Shown: one piece after another, positions 43,377-54,851 of the stretch
How positions within the stretch are numbered: the stretch's first letter is position 1
How the letters are laid out: each line of letters opens with the position of its first letter
Origin: Paramoeba atlantica
Taxonomy: Eukaryota; Protista; Discosea
Assembly: GCA_977017575.1 (NCBI GenBank)
Contig: CDRNVI010000021.1
Span: forward strand, 558,001-622,000
Length of the DNA stretch: 64,000 nucleotides
Reading direction: 5' to 3'
Notes under the pieces: generated by a model
Seen by the model: only the letters and a program-made list of their open reading frames with translations
What the model was told of the DNA's origin: nothing
Databases searched by the model: none
Made by a program: the position numbers and the translations under genes

Positions 43377-46300
43377 ATGTTAGAGAGCGATTCAATAGCA
43401 CGGGATATAACCGCAGCAGCGAGGCAATTTGTGAAGGGGTTTTCTCGCAAGTCTAGCTTTAAAAGTTCATTCGAATTAGAATTCTTGTTATCATTGTGTC
43501 CTTCGAGTGATTTAGAACGAGCTGTTCGGCGCACATCTGATAAAGATGTATTTTTTCGTTTGTTCTCTAATTCACGAGGGGCTCCTTTTTCGCCGTGCAA
43601 TATCGAAAATTATTATAGATATTTGCTTTTTCTGGCTAGTATTGAGGAAGGTACAAATCCAGAGACTGAAACCGCGAGCTCATTTTCTGAACGCAAAATT
43701 GCTTCCGAAAAAACAAAAACTCATGAAAAACTTTTAGAAAAGCTTGAAGAACGCAAAAATGTTAACGCTGTCTTTGATTTGTTGAAAGGGAAGAGTGCCG
43801 TTGTCAACCTAGATTCTCACATTTCTACTCTAGTCGATTCTATTAGCATAGAAAAGTCATCTCGAAACTTGACATCACTGTCTCAATACGTTGTTCACCG
43901 CCTACTTAATGGTATGCTTACAGCATCCTTTCATCGCGTTTTGATAAGCACGATCGTGCTTAACGCGATTCTAAGAAGCAAAAGTTCACGAATTCAAGAG
44001 GTTATTTCGGACACTTTGCGAAATTTCTTAAAACCGATTGCTACTGGTCAGCTTGGGTCCGATTACGAGGGTTTGAAGCCATCTCTTGTCTTCTTTAATT
44101 CTATGTTCGTGGTTTGCTTGTTGATGAATGGAAAGGAAAAAACGGTGAAGAAGGAGGATGGAAAGCTTGTATTTGCCGTGCTTGAACAGGTCTACGCTGG
44201 AAGCCCACTTGCGCGTGTGTGGGCAACAAGGCTCTTCTGCCATTTGATCAGTTCGGTCACCTCTGAATTACTTCTATGTGGTCTTTCCTTTTTGGAAAAA
44301 GCGTATTTTGCGCCAGATGGAATGCAAAGAACAGATATTAATAACATTGGAGCTGACGCGATATGCATTTATCTTTCTGTCCGGTCTAGGTTAAAGAAGG
44401 ATGAGCATATTATGAAAGAAATACCTCAGGACCTAATGCCGAAAAGCTTAGATGTGTTTCACCCTAAAAAAGTGCAATTATTCGCACGTAACCTCCTGCA
44501 ACAAAACCAGCTTTGGAAGGCATATCCCGATCTTCATCCCGTCTTTCACTGTGTGATCGTGTCCTTGATGGATGAAAAGGAGGTTCTGAATATTATAGAA
44601 CCCTTTATTCGTGTGTTTTTCTCTAATTTTCCTGATGAAAGTCTTCCTCAACGTGCCGCACGCCAGACCTTTTCGAACAGACTTTGTCAGGAAGTTTCTA
44701 AACGAATCAACGGATATCAGGGAAACCGCGTATTAAGTGAAATTATGAAGGGTGCAAAGCTTTCTCGATTACCAACTTTGCGTCCTGCGCAGGATATAGA
44801 TGGATATGGAGGCGATGGATCTCTTAGGGAAATCGTATCTCGGCTTTTAGAGCAATATGTTGATGCCTCCAACCCTATCTACCTCAATAAAGAAGACTGT
44901 AGTGAATCTCCTTCTATTGATATGGACATTGATTCCGATGATTCATCGACGCAAGAGAATGAATTTCTGTCTCACATGTCACTTAGACAACCAGTCTGCA
45001 ATACATTTGCCGAAGAAATACGGGCCTTTGTAGTTCGCCAGGTAGTACGTTCTATAAGCTTGCGAGTTCCACATAACAGAAAAGCGGATTTAGACAGCGC
45101 CATTAGCGTGGCAACTACTTTTTTCTTAATGAATATAATCTTGCAAACGAATCAGTCTGGCGTTGATGTGGACAACGTACTAATAGCACCATCCATAACA
45201 TCCGAACAACGCGCAAGCCTATTGAATCACCTTTCTCGAATTTTGAGCTATCAATCCTCGACTGACGTTGATTCGAAATTTAAAAGTACGACGGATCACC
45301 GACAGATGTATTGTGCTTCTTTAGATTTGAGCCTTCCTGATCTTTTAGATTCATTTTTTCGTTGGTCAGGAAATGTTTCCAACAAAGCTGAAGTCGCTTA
45401 TCCTAATTCAACTATAATGCGGCATCCGAAAATACGTTCTTCCTTGTTGAATCTTTATTCTTCTGGTTCTTGCCAAGGTTTGGCCCAACTGCTGATCGTT
45501 ACTTTTTTGGTAAACGATGAATCTATTTTACAATGCACTGACATTGCTCAAGCAGCGTGCACAATAATTGAGACATTCCCAAAGAATAGTTCCAATGAAT
45601 CGGTAGATTTACTAACGTTTTCCGCCTTTTCAGTGCTGTACGAAAGTGGACATAAGATTATGTGGAATGATTCCCTGAGGAATTGTCTTGACAAGGCTTT
45701 GGAGTCTTATTTTTCAACATTCCTATGCCCAAAATTAAACGACAGCTCAGTTCTCCATATGCTTTCTCCTAGCTCATCACATTATTCAGAAGACACGGCG
45801 GATACCTTGAAAGGTTCCAATGTGCAAGTTGACGCTTGCACGGTAAGTTTAAACGAATCAACGAGTTTGACACAGGAAAATGTAGAAGTCAGTGTAAATG
45901 ATGGAAAGTCTGCCCTTGTTCCTGAAACTAGCACCGACATTACGCTGCTGAACATTCGGCGCACAAAACTATGTGGCATCCTGTTTAAATTTCCGGTAAA
46001 GGAAGTTGGATACATCGTAGCCATGAGGTGGCTTCGATTTATCGAGGTCACTGTAAGAAATCAATCATTGAAGGAGACAATGGCGTCCGAGTTGCGACAT
46101 TTTCTTTCTACTTTTTCCGCAGTGAAGCCCAATGTCCAGTGTTCAACGGACGCAACGGGTAAGAATTGTAGTTTCTTCGTACAAAGCCTTTCAACGGAAG
46201 CTGCAAGGATTCTTCAGTCGCGCGCTAATTCAATTCTTCGAAACCCATGGATTAAAGAAGGAGCTCTCTCGTTGATTAGCACTCTGCATCGTGCTGATCT

Positions 46301-47270
46301 TTGTGCTCACGCTAAACGGATTCTCGGTGAATTCTTTACTCAACTTTTATTCTCCGATCGCATGGGAGCCGCTTTGCGCCACGTCTTAAATGTTATGCGA
46401 AACAATTCATTGAACACTGCACTGGATGTGTTTCCAAGAGTGAGGGATCATTTGGAAGATCTTATGAAGCAGCGTTCGAACTGTACAACCGCACCTGTGA
46501 TTCAGTTACAGAAGGGAGCTCTATGCAAACGTGATCTACAGTGCTCTACGAGAATTCTAGATTTTTTTAATGAAATCTACAGAAACCTGCTTAGTATGGA
46601 AGAGAACTTAAGGCGTCAGTCGGAGTCACATATAGTTTCTATCCTCTCTCTCCTAATGCCGCCATTATCTACCATCTCAAGTCAAAGAAAATTGACAGAG
46701 CAGGCATTTAGTTCCAATGAGTCAAAAGATTTGCTCGTGCCGCTTCTTCAGAGCTTACTTCCAACACTTTGTGCAGCACTACGCCGATGTCTTCTTGAAT
46801 TTCGATCTTTTTATGTCTCCTTAACAGAAGAGTATTTGCAATGGTTGGAAAATATGGCATTTCCTATTTCTCCTAAACTATACTCAAATATTTCTTCCTT
46901 GACCGTCCTTGCAGATATTCTATTAGATAAATACGAATTGAACACAGCGTCGCATAGTGCAGAAGCATCGCACCGGGTTAAACATGATAAGAAGGGGACG
47001 CGCAAGGCAAGTAATAAAGATACACCGAATACTTTGTCTATGGGAAATACTGAAAAGCGCGATGAAAAGCAAGGACAGAATAAACACGTTCCGCGAAAAG
47101 AGAAGCACAAGCTGCAGAAATCGCCAGAAGAACTTCAGCAAAAGAGAAATCATCGTCGAGAAATAATCGAAAAGAAACGCTTGAAACGCAAAGCATACGA
47201 AGCGAAACGGCAGCAAAGCTCTTCCAAAACTAAGAAAAGGAAGAGAGTTCAGAAGATAAAGAGGAGATAG
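43377..47270 (+). CDS. Large helical nuclear protein, possibly Pol5/MYBBP1A-like
   Basis: 1297 aa with QYVVHRLLNGM and YPDLHPVF weakly resembling Pol5 motifs, an acidic patch and a basic C-tail. The gene is solid; the identity is tentative. Confidence 0.45.
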   Translation: MLESDSIARDITAAARQFVKGFSRKSSFKSSFELEFLLSLCPSSDLERAVRRTSDKDVFFRLFSNSRGAPFSPCNIENYYRYLLFLASIEEGTNPETETASSFSERKIASEKTKTHEKLLEKLEERKNVNAVFDLLKGKSAVVNLDSHISTLVDSISIEKSSRNLTSLSQYVVHRLLNGMLTASFHRVLISTIVLNAILRSKSSRIQEVISDTLRNFLKPIATGQLGSDYEGLKPSLVFFNSMFVVCLLMNGKEKTVKKEDGKLVFAVLEQVYAGSPLARVWATRLFCHLISSVTSELLLCGLSFLEKAYFAPDGMQRTDINNIGADAICIYLSVRSRLKKDEHIMKEIPQDLMPKSLDVFHPKKVQLFARNLLQQNQLWKAYPDLHPVFHCVIVSLMDEKEVLNIIEPFIRVFFSNFPDESLPQRAARQTFSNRLCQEVSKRINGYQGNRVLSEIMKGAKLSRLPTLRPAQDIDGYGGDGSLREIVSRLLEQYVDASNPIYLNKEDCSESPSIDMDIDSDDSSTQENEFLSHMSLRQPVCNTFAEEIRAFVVRQVVRSISLRVPHNRKADLDSAISVATTFFLMNIILQTNQSGVDVDNVLIAPSITSEQRASLLNHLSRILSYQSSTDVDSKFKSTTDHRQMYCASLDLSLPDLLDSFFRWSGNVSNKAEVAYPNSTIMRHPKIRSSLLNLYSSGSCQGLAQLLIVTFLVNDESILQCTDIAQAACTIIETFPKNSSNESVDLLTFSAFSVLYESGHKIMWNDSLRNCLDKALESYFSTFLCPKLNDSSVLHMLSPSSSHYSEDTADTLKGSNVQVDACTVSLNESTSLTQENVEVSVNDGKSALVPETSTDITLLNIRRTKLCGILFKFPVKEVGYIVAMRWLRFIEVTVRNQSLKETMASELRHFLSTFSAVKPNVQCSTDATGKNCSFFVQSLSTEAARILQSRANSILRNPWIKEGALSLISTLHRADLCAHAKRILGEFFTQLLFSDRMGAALRHVLNVMRNNSLNTALDVFPRVRDHLEDLMKQRSNCTTAPVIQLQKGALCKRDLQCSTRILDFFNEIYRNLLSMEENLRRQSESHIVSILSLLMPPLSTISSQRKLTEQAFSSNESKDLLVPLLQSLLPTLCAALRRCLLEFRSFYVSLTEEYLQWLENMAFPISPKLYSNISSLTVLADILLDKYELNTASHSAEASHRVKHDKKGTRKASNKDTPNTLSMGNTEKRDEKQGQNKHVPRKEKHKLQKSPEELQQKRNHRREIIEKKRLKRKAYEAKRQQSSSKTKKRKRVQKIKRR

Positions 47271-49289
47271 AGCGACATACTCAATAGTTTGTTCTATTTC
47301 GCCACATGGTGATATTCCACTAGATTCGTTATTGGTCAAATTAGTTCTGGATTTTGCTACACTATTCATTGAGAATGTTTTTCTTTTTTGGGGGCATGTC
47401 TTTATTCGGGTATGTTCTTCCGCGAAGAGTCTCGATATCTATTCTCGAGAAGTTTTGATTTGATTTTCTTTTTTATTGATGAAGATGTATTATTTGTTTC
47501 TCTTCAAACCGGGTGACTCATAATGCGGTTAAATGTAGTACAGTAATACAGTAAATAGAGATAAGTATAAGAAACTCGGGCAAACTGAAGCGAGTGTCTC
47601 ACCTTAGAAGAATACTAAACTTGATCGTCATCAAGCTGGCGCTTAATCTTAATGCTTGTTTTTCAATTATTGGCAACATTATAGCACTAGCTTTCAATTG
47701 ATTTCTACAAAACGTGTTTGCAAAGAAAATTAATTTATGAAATTAATTTTTATGCAGTGTTTTATTTGAACTTTTAGAACGACCTCTATTTAGTCCACAA
47801 TATGTTCCCTGTTGCCTCCAGAGGAAATTTTATTTCCTCTGATGTTATCAGCCTCTATGGTTCACTTCTTCAAAAACTTTGTAAACTGGCGTTACGTAAG
47901 AGAAAGAAACATGTGCTGCAGAAACAATTGAAAATTGAAGTTTTATGCCTCTTGAAAGCTTGTATGAGCATGTCACCTAGCTGATGCGGAACTACAAATC
48001 GGAATACGAATCGCACACAACCATTAAACTTGCCTTTTCCTTGCATTATATTAATACTTTTATTTTGACTCACTTTCGGTCTGTAAGTTCACATGTTGCT
48101 TAGCATGTATTGAGAATTCTGCTAAAAATCGTACACATAGTAGAAATTTCAATATTATCCAAGCAAGTGATTAAGCATCGTATTTTTGCTACTTACACGA
48201 CTCCGCTCTATCTTTTTTCTTTGTACAGGCTGTACTTTTTGTAGTTGGCAACCTTGGATGACGTGATGATAGAAGCTTGTACCGTACGATGTGAATTAAG
48301 GAGTTCTTGTAATCCGCTGTTTAAGGAATTTGAAATTATTGTCCAGGCTCAGAACCAGGACCAAGATATAGCTCATACATTTTCTTGTTTCGTATATTTT
48401 ATTAAGGGAAGTACGAACTTAAAAGTTTTTGGGGGGAAAAAAGTCCTTTTTGACCAAAAGCAAGAACTCAACAGTATTAAAAATAGACCATTCACGCACG
48501 TTGCCGTTCTTTCTTAAGGTTTCTACTTGATAAAAAAAATGGCTTGCCTTTTTTCTCATCTCTTCTCGCGTACCAATTTCATACCTTTTGGTTCGCTGGT
48601 GTGTTCACTGGTCCTCTTTTCTCCCAACTCTCTTGTTTCTATACAAATGTTTCTATTTTTTCTTCTGAAAATGTGTTAAAACGCTTATTTGGGTTACCCC
48701 CGAGGCCCCGGCATGCAGACACCCACCCCCTACTCCATATACGCCTCCTGTGGGGCTCCCGAGCGAAATATCTCTTACTGGGGGTCAGCTCAAAAATTAT
48801 ATTCCTGTACCCTATAGGAATAGAGGATAGGAATTAATGTCGGTGTGGTAGCTGCTTCATTAAAAGGCGGTGGTTGTTGGTAAACGGGGCTTCGCAAATT
48901 GCTTTCCACTAACTACGTCGCGTATGGGTGAAAATGTAACCACCGGGAGTCGAGCCTTCGACCACCACATTGTGAATGGCAGGTCTTACCTACTGGACTA
49001 CCTGGGTTCGAGTCACGGGACCTACGTTTATAAGCACCGTGATTTATGCCCAAATCGAAGATAGGGGGACTGGGCCCCCTTTTCTCGCCCTCCAAGATCC
49101 ACCCAACCCCGGACACCACAAAGAAGGGAGAGGCAGAGGTTGTAAACAACACCCGCAATATTCCTATATCCTCTCGTATTCCTACCAGAAATATTAAGTG
49201 TCCCAATGGTGTTTAATACCCCCCTCCTCCACAACTATCCCGGTCTCTACTTGAGATCCATAAATTTCCTCACTTACATTTGAGTGTGA

Positions 49290-49405
49290 TGAAACTTTGC
49301 GAAAGCTCGGTGAAACTTCGGTGACACCTCGTGAAACCTCGAAACCTTGATAAAACCCTCTATGAAACCTCGCGAAACTTCGGTGAAACCTCGTAAAACC
49401 TCGCT
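49290..49405 (-). repeat. Array of ~10-bp GAAAC(C/T)TCG motifs (TE subterminal-like)
   Basis: About 10 degenerate copies. The reverse complement resembles the GGTTTC/GGTTTT arrays elsewhere in the window. Confidence 0.55.
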
Positions 49406-49716
49406 ACCAGCAGCCCCTCATTTCCATTTTTTCATGATGAGTTTTTCATCGTTATGGCAAGAAAAACGCACACACAAGCCAAAAACAGACAAAAACGGGC
49501 ACAAGAGTAAATATCGCGCCGCGAAGCGTCGCGAAAAATAATTTGTCCTTTTTCGCTATTTTTTTATATTCCTATACCTCGTAATATTCCTACCAGGAAT
49601 ATTACAGTAACCCGAACACTGGTTTAAGTCCCTTTGTTTTTCATTCCTGTAGCACCGAATTGCATCTTTCTCTCCTCCAACATCCACGTACCCCCCTCCC
49701 CATCTCCCCTGTATAC

Positions 49717-50856
49717 ATGACCGACACTCCTTGTGACACCGAGGACACCGAGATCCCCACGCTCACCCCTGCCGTTGTCCCCGTCACCCTACTCACCGGG
49801 TTCCTTGGCTCCGGGAAGACCACCTTACTCCATCACATCCTCAACGCCCCCCATGGGCTACGCATCGCGGTCGTGTTAAACGAGTTCTCCGGGGCCACCT
49901 CCTTTGAGAGAGGTCTCTCGGTGGCCTCCTCCGAGATGGAGGACGAGGACTGGGTGGAGATGCCCAATGGGTGCCTGTGCTGCACCGCCAAGGACCGTGC
50001 CGTGGAGGCGATTGAGGCTCTCGTGGCGTCCCGTCCAATTGATCATGTCCTCGTCGAGGCCTCCGGGCTGTCGGATCCGGGACCCGTGGCGGGGATGTTT
50101 TGGAAAGACGACGCGATGGGTTCCGGGCTGCGGCTGAATGGGGTTGTCGCCCTCGTGGATCTGTCCAGGGTACGGGACTACCTTCGTGGAAGGCACGCGG
50201 TGGCGGAGGCGGAGCGGCAAATCTTGCTTGCGGATGTGGTGTTGCTTAACAAGACAGATTTAGTGGAAAAGGATGAGGTGGAGGAATGGGTGGCGGAGGT
50301 TTCCGCAATTAACCCTACAGCGCTTGTCAAATGTACAGCATTCGCAAAGCTGTGTGATCTGCGTGAATTGCTCAGCATGAATCGTTTAGCGAAATCCTTT
50401 GGTTTATCAAGCGAACGGAATACTCCGGGCGTATACACGTCTGAGGAAGAATCACTACACAAGCATTCTATTACCCACATTTTCTACACTTTTCCTCATC
50501 CCTTACCCAACAAGAACGCTCTGGATGTATTCGCTAATGCACTGCTGTGGTCAAGGCATCGCGATGAACAACCGAAGTGTCAAGAGCTGGATTCTGAATC
50601 CGACGAGTTACCAGAGGTTATTCGTGCAAAAGGTCTATTTTTTGTTGAATCCTCTGAAAATGAAGGCAAGGAATATATTTTTGAGGCGGTTGGGGAACTA
50701 TACGAATTTCGTGAATCTTTTAATCCTTCCCAAAAGTATAACTTAAATGATGAACTCAATAAGGATCTTAAATCTTCAGTTCTTGTTCTTGGAAGGCATT
50801 TGTCAAATGATTTTGTGAAATCTTGCTTCGATCGTTGCCTAAGACCCATGTCATAG
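49717..50856 (+). CDS. CobW/COG0523 zinc metallochaperone GTPase (ZNG1/CBWD-like)
   Basis: LTGFLGSGKTT, NEF, GCLCC, EASG and NKTD motifs. Confidence 0.9.
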   Translation: MTDTPCDTEDTEIPTLTPAVVPVTLLTGFLGSGKTTLLHHILNAPHGLRIAVVLNEFSGATSFERGLSVASSEMEDEDWVEMPNGCLCCTAKDRAVEAIEALVASRPIDHVLVEASGLSDPGPVAGMFWKDDAMGSGLRLNGVVALVDLSRVRDYLRGRHAVAEAERQILLADVVLLNKTDLVEKDEVEEWVAEVSAINPTALVKCTAFAKLCDLRELLSMNRLAKSFGLSSERNTPGVYTSEEESLHKHSITHIFYTFPHPLPNKNALDVFANALLWSRHRDEQPKCQELDSESDELPEVIRAKGLFFVESSENEGKEYIFEAVGELYEFRESFNPSQKYNLNDELNKDLKSSVLVLGRHLSNDFVKSCFDRCLRPMS

Positions 50857-50998
50857 CTATTTTTTTCTTTAAGCGGGCTATAAAATCATTTTCAATTTGA
50901 GCTTTTTGTTGTTTATCCGAAGATTTTATATGATATGGTCTGAATTTTTTTGACGGCTAGAAATCATAATATTGGTATGATTTGTTATTAGATAACAA

Positions 50999-51598
50999 AT
51001 GGGTAACTTTTACTCAATTGATTTTATGAGAACCCTGACGAATTTGCAAAATTTTTGCGATTCTTATCTTCCGCCCGGTGCGTATCCACACATCTGTACT
51101 TCCGCATTAGAATCCTTCAAAAATAAAATGACCACTCTAAACAAAACCCTTTTCGGTGACGACATGTCAGACAAGTATAATTCGAAGTCGATCAGAGAAC
51201 TCGACCAAAGCTTTTCTACTGTAAGCAAAGTGGGGGAATTCGATACTTGGCTGAAGAATTTATCAAAAATAGAAATTGGGTGGATAAATAAGAATATTTT
51301 GAGAGGGCCATGGGGAGCATCTTTGATTCAACTTTTAGCAGACGGTTTTGATGAATATCTGCTATGCGGACGGCTTCTTGATCACAATATTGCTCATTCA
51401 GGAGTGAATCTTATTTTTAAGAAGTGCGTTGGGGATATCCCTCCAGCGATGAGCTTCGTAGAGATGAGGACAACTCTTATTTTCGCTGCTTTGCAGCCCG
51501 AAGATGTCATAGAAATAGTTGAACGTGTCACAGGTCGTGCTCGAAATTTATCGAAAAGAAACATTGCATTAGCGAGGCATGTGATAAATATTTCGTAA
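50999..51598 (+). CDS. Hypothetical protein (199 aa)
   Basis: ATG-initiated ORF on the cluster strand. No motif recognised. Confidence 0.45.
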   Translation: MGNFYSIDFMRTLTNLQNFCDSYLPPGAYPHICTSALESFKNKMTTLNKTLFGDDMSDKYNSKSIRELDQSFSTVSKVGEFDTWLKNLSKIEIGWINKNILRGPWGASLIQLLADGFDEYLLCGRLLDHNIAHSGVNLIFKKCVGDIPPAMSFVEMRTTLIFAALQPEDVIEIVERVTGRARNLSKRNIALARHVINIS

Positions 51599-51958
51599 TA
51601 AAGCTATTGTATGGTTTACATGAACCTCCACCTGCGTATTCGAAAAAAATGCTTAATGTAGAATGTGGAATAAAATGGAACAAAGGGTACTAATTTTGTT
51701 GACATATCTTTATACATGCCTTTATATGCCTTGTAGTTTTACACAGCTAACTTCTGTCCTTGCAACATTTGGCTACACGCTTGCTATCTACTTCTGTACT
51801 GTGACCCCCCTTTTAATATGCACCCCCCCCTGCCCCCCCTTAATATGCACAAAATTGGGGCTCAAGAAATTTCGTGTTATACATTTTTAATGTTACCGTA
51901 TTTTAGAGCGGGGGTATCACAATTTTGCACCAAAATTGTAATTGATGTTTTACCAGTA

Positions 51959-52587
51959 CCGTTACCCCCCTTTACTTCGCCTCCCCCCTTACTTCACCAC
52001 ATTTAGTCACTGGACGTGTGGTGAAGTAAGGGGGGTGTCAGATTTTCCCCCACACTACTTACCACCTCTTTACACAGCCGGAGGGGTGCACTGCAACCGA
52101 CTGTTGCATCGGGGTAAGTGACCGATCGGAGCAGTCCGGAATGGTTTAGATCCGTTGAACCATTTTTAATTCGGAACGGTTTTCTTCCATGTGAGTTTCA
52201 TCATCGCTTTGATCATAAAGTTGCGCCACAGCGCCTTGTAGTTCTAAAATTTAAATTGGTGTTCAATAGGTTATGTTCTGCGACATCATTTAAATTTCAC
52301 GATGTAAGAAATTTTCATGGGAGAAAAACGCATGGGACATCATAGACAAGTTAAAAGAAACGTAAAATATAGAATGCAACATAAGGTATTACAACACTCA
52401 AGAAAAGGAAATTATGCTCAATGTCGATAGCATAGTGTACTTCAATAATTTGAGAATTTCCGAGAGAACTGTAAATTGATCGGACTTTGAATCACTTATT
52501 CACCCCCCTTACTTCACCACCCCCGACTTCACCACAAAGTACGGGTTTTGGACCAAAAAGTGGGGGCTAAGTAAGGGGGGGTAACGG
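51959..52587. mobile_element. 629-bp non-autonomous TIR element, TA-flanked
   Basis: TIR CCGTTACCCCCC(T/C)TTACTT (18/19 identical), TA at 51957-58 and 52588-89, and internal CCCCTTACTTCACCAC repeats. Confidence 0.8.
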
Positions 52588-52641
52588 TATATTAATCTAG
52601 CATAAAATGGATACTAGACACCAGACACTTGCTGGCTTTTA

Positions 52642-54113
52642 ATGAACATTGTTAAAATAATGTGTAGATTCGTTTCCTGTGCTGAAATACAGCCTTATCG
52701 TGCTCCGCGAAAAGTTTCTTGTGCACTTCTTCCACCTGAATTTCTCCTTGCTCAATTTGTCCCTGACATTGAGGGTACGCACGAAAGTTGGAACTCGGAA
52801 ACCCCTGTTCACGATTGGGTCGGTGTCAAATGTGATGAGGCAGGCCAAGTAAAAGCTATTCAGTGGGAATCACTATATCTTAAAGGTACCCCTCGGTGGT
52901 CTTTTCTTTGTCATACAATAGTGGATTTTTCTGCACCTATAAATGAGTTGAACGGAACTCTTCCTTTTGTGGAGTTTCCTCATGGACTAGTTATCCTAAT
53001 TCTTCTGCGAAACAAATTTTTTGACACTTTCCATGCACGGGATCTTCCACAGTCGATGGAAATACTTAACCTGGGGCATAATGCTTTATACGGTCCCGTC
53101 GAATGGGATAGCTTGCCTAAGACTTTAGAGCGTCTTAAATTAAGATAGATCTTATATAAATAAAGATACAGTTTCTGTACCTTGTTGTTCATCCTTTCTT
53201 TCCCCGGCAACGGGCATACTCTTACTGTATTTTCATGCCCGTTGCCGGCCGGCACTAAGGTCGGAACTGTCCCTCTTGTCGCTGAAGCAGGGGACGCGCT
53301 TTCACCACTTCACCCCTCCCCGACTCACTCCCCTGGAGTGAGTGTGCCTCCCCCTCTCGGCTTTTTTTCGACTTGTCTTTTTCCTCTCCGAGAGGGCCAT
53401 GCGTCACGGTGGCCTCCCTTGAGGACCACTAGACGTGTCCTCCGCCGACGAGACTCGGCTCTCTGCACCTGGCGGTCGCCCAGCTCTCCGTACCTCGGCT
53501 CTGTCGCAGCTCTCTGCACCCGGATTGCCCCCGAAACTATAATATGGGGATTACGCATCCGGCTCTCTGCACCTGCACATGACAACCGAGCTTTCTGCAC
53601 CTGGGACGCCAGCTCTCCGCACCCGCACACCTCCGGCGAGGACGAAACCTCACATGATCCACCCGTCGTATGCGGGATAAGGACATGGTGAGCAAATCTC
53701 TGCACTATAAGTGCATGATAAAACACTTTCTTACCTCGAATCGTCTAGAAGGAGAATTATCCATTGCAGAACTTCCCCGCTCACTGAGTTATCTAGCCGT
53801 TAATCAGAATCTATTTGTAGGTTCTCTGGATCTTAAGGCACTTCCGGACTCTGCGCGCAATGTTTATTTTCACAGCAACGGTTTTTCGGGGGAAATTAAT
53901 CTGGCAAGGCTTCCCGATTCTTTGAATAGCCTTTATTTGGATGAGAACAACCTCACTGGGGTCGTGAACGTGGGGCATTGTCCTTCTACTCTGTCTGCGT
54001 TGGGTTTGCAAGGCAATTGTTTTACAAGACTGGAAGGAAGTGCTCCTAGTTGCAGCATTGGGTTGGAGCCGAATTTTTCAATACCAAAGGGAACAAGAAA
54101 GCAGTACTCTTAA
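52642..54113 (+). pseudogene. LRR paralog 4, interrupted by a ~590-bp insertion
   Basis: The N-half ends ...LPKTLERLKL (53142) and the C-half resumes TSNRLEGEL (53733), together completing one LRR consensus. Confidence 0.8.
53143..53732 (+). mobile_element. Insertion headed by a spliced-leader-like 39-mer, with hairpins and GCTCTCTGCACC repeats
   Basis: AAAGATACAGTTTCTGTACCTTGTTG at 53162-53187. Parts are homologous to 20111-20270 (+) and 21357-21483 (-). Confidence 0.6.
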
Positions 54114-54851
54114 GCAGTACTCTCCTTTTATACTTAACTTACTTGTATTTACAAAATTTGTAGATTTTATAAGCAGCACTTTACCTAAATATAAGTATTA
54201 AGAATGCGGTAGAGGACGGGTCCAGTAGAGTCCACTGGATGTGCATTTCTTGCTTAATGAGTCCTCACAAAGTTACTATAGTAGTAGTAGGCGAACAACT
54301 GTCGCCTTGGTAATGCGTTACTGAGCAATAATAGAACTATTTTCTATCCCCCAGAATGGCTTGGTGTAAATAAGTCAGTGTCCTCTCTTTCGTTAATACC
54401 AGAGGGGGTGTCGGTGTGTATCACCGAACTCGCACCGAACCTGTGACCCTCAGCCCCTCACCAATATAAAGGGACTGTTAAATCGCTGAACTCGACAAAA
54501 CTTTGAACTATTCTTTTTTCTCGAAACCAATTGGGGGAAAAGGGGTAAATTCCACCCAATTGATAGTTTAGAAAATCGTGTTGCATACACGGTTGTAGTT
54601 GACAAACTGTTGTACAACAATTTTTATTTTTTCGTGTTTCTTTCTTTACATCATCAGCATGGTATACAGTAGAGGGGCTGCAGGTGCGGCTTCAGCGCGG
54701 TTTCGCGTGGTTTTAGGGAGACTCGAAAGCTTTTTCTCGATAGAGGTGGAAAAAAAGTAGAAAGCCCCGTGAAAACGCAAATACTACTGAGTACTATACG
54801 TGAATACGTGAAATTCTGTATTCACTGAATACTAAAATCATTTTTTAGGTA

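Noticed and set aside
48995-49025. GGTTCGAGTC resembling a tRNA T-loop / B-box (also GGTTCGAATTC near 12980)
   Set aside because: No cloverleaf or A-box could be built around either site.
47300-49280. Short ORFs and TATTCCTA-motif repeats (48800, 49160, 49570)
   Set aside because: No protein motif and no paired termini or TSD. Probably old TE debris that I cannot classify.
53149-53260. Functional SL RNA gene
   Set aside because: No GT donor after the exon-like TTG, no recognisable Sm site, not in a tandem array, and it sits inside a broken CDS.
53143-53732. Cis-spliced intron as the explanation for the LRR interruption
   Set aside because: The nearest GT...AG pair I tested does not restore the LRR frame, and parts of the insert are repeated elsewhere in the window.
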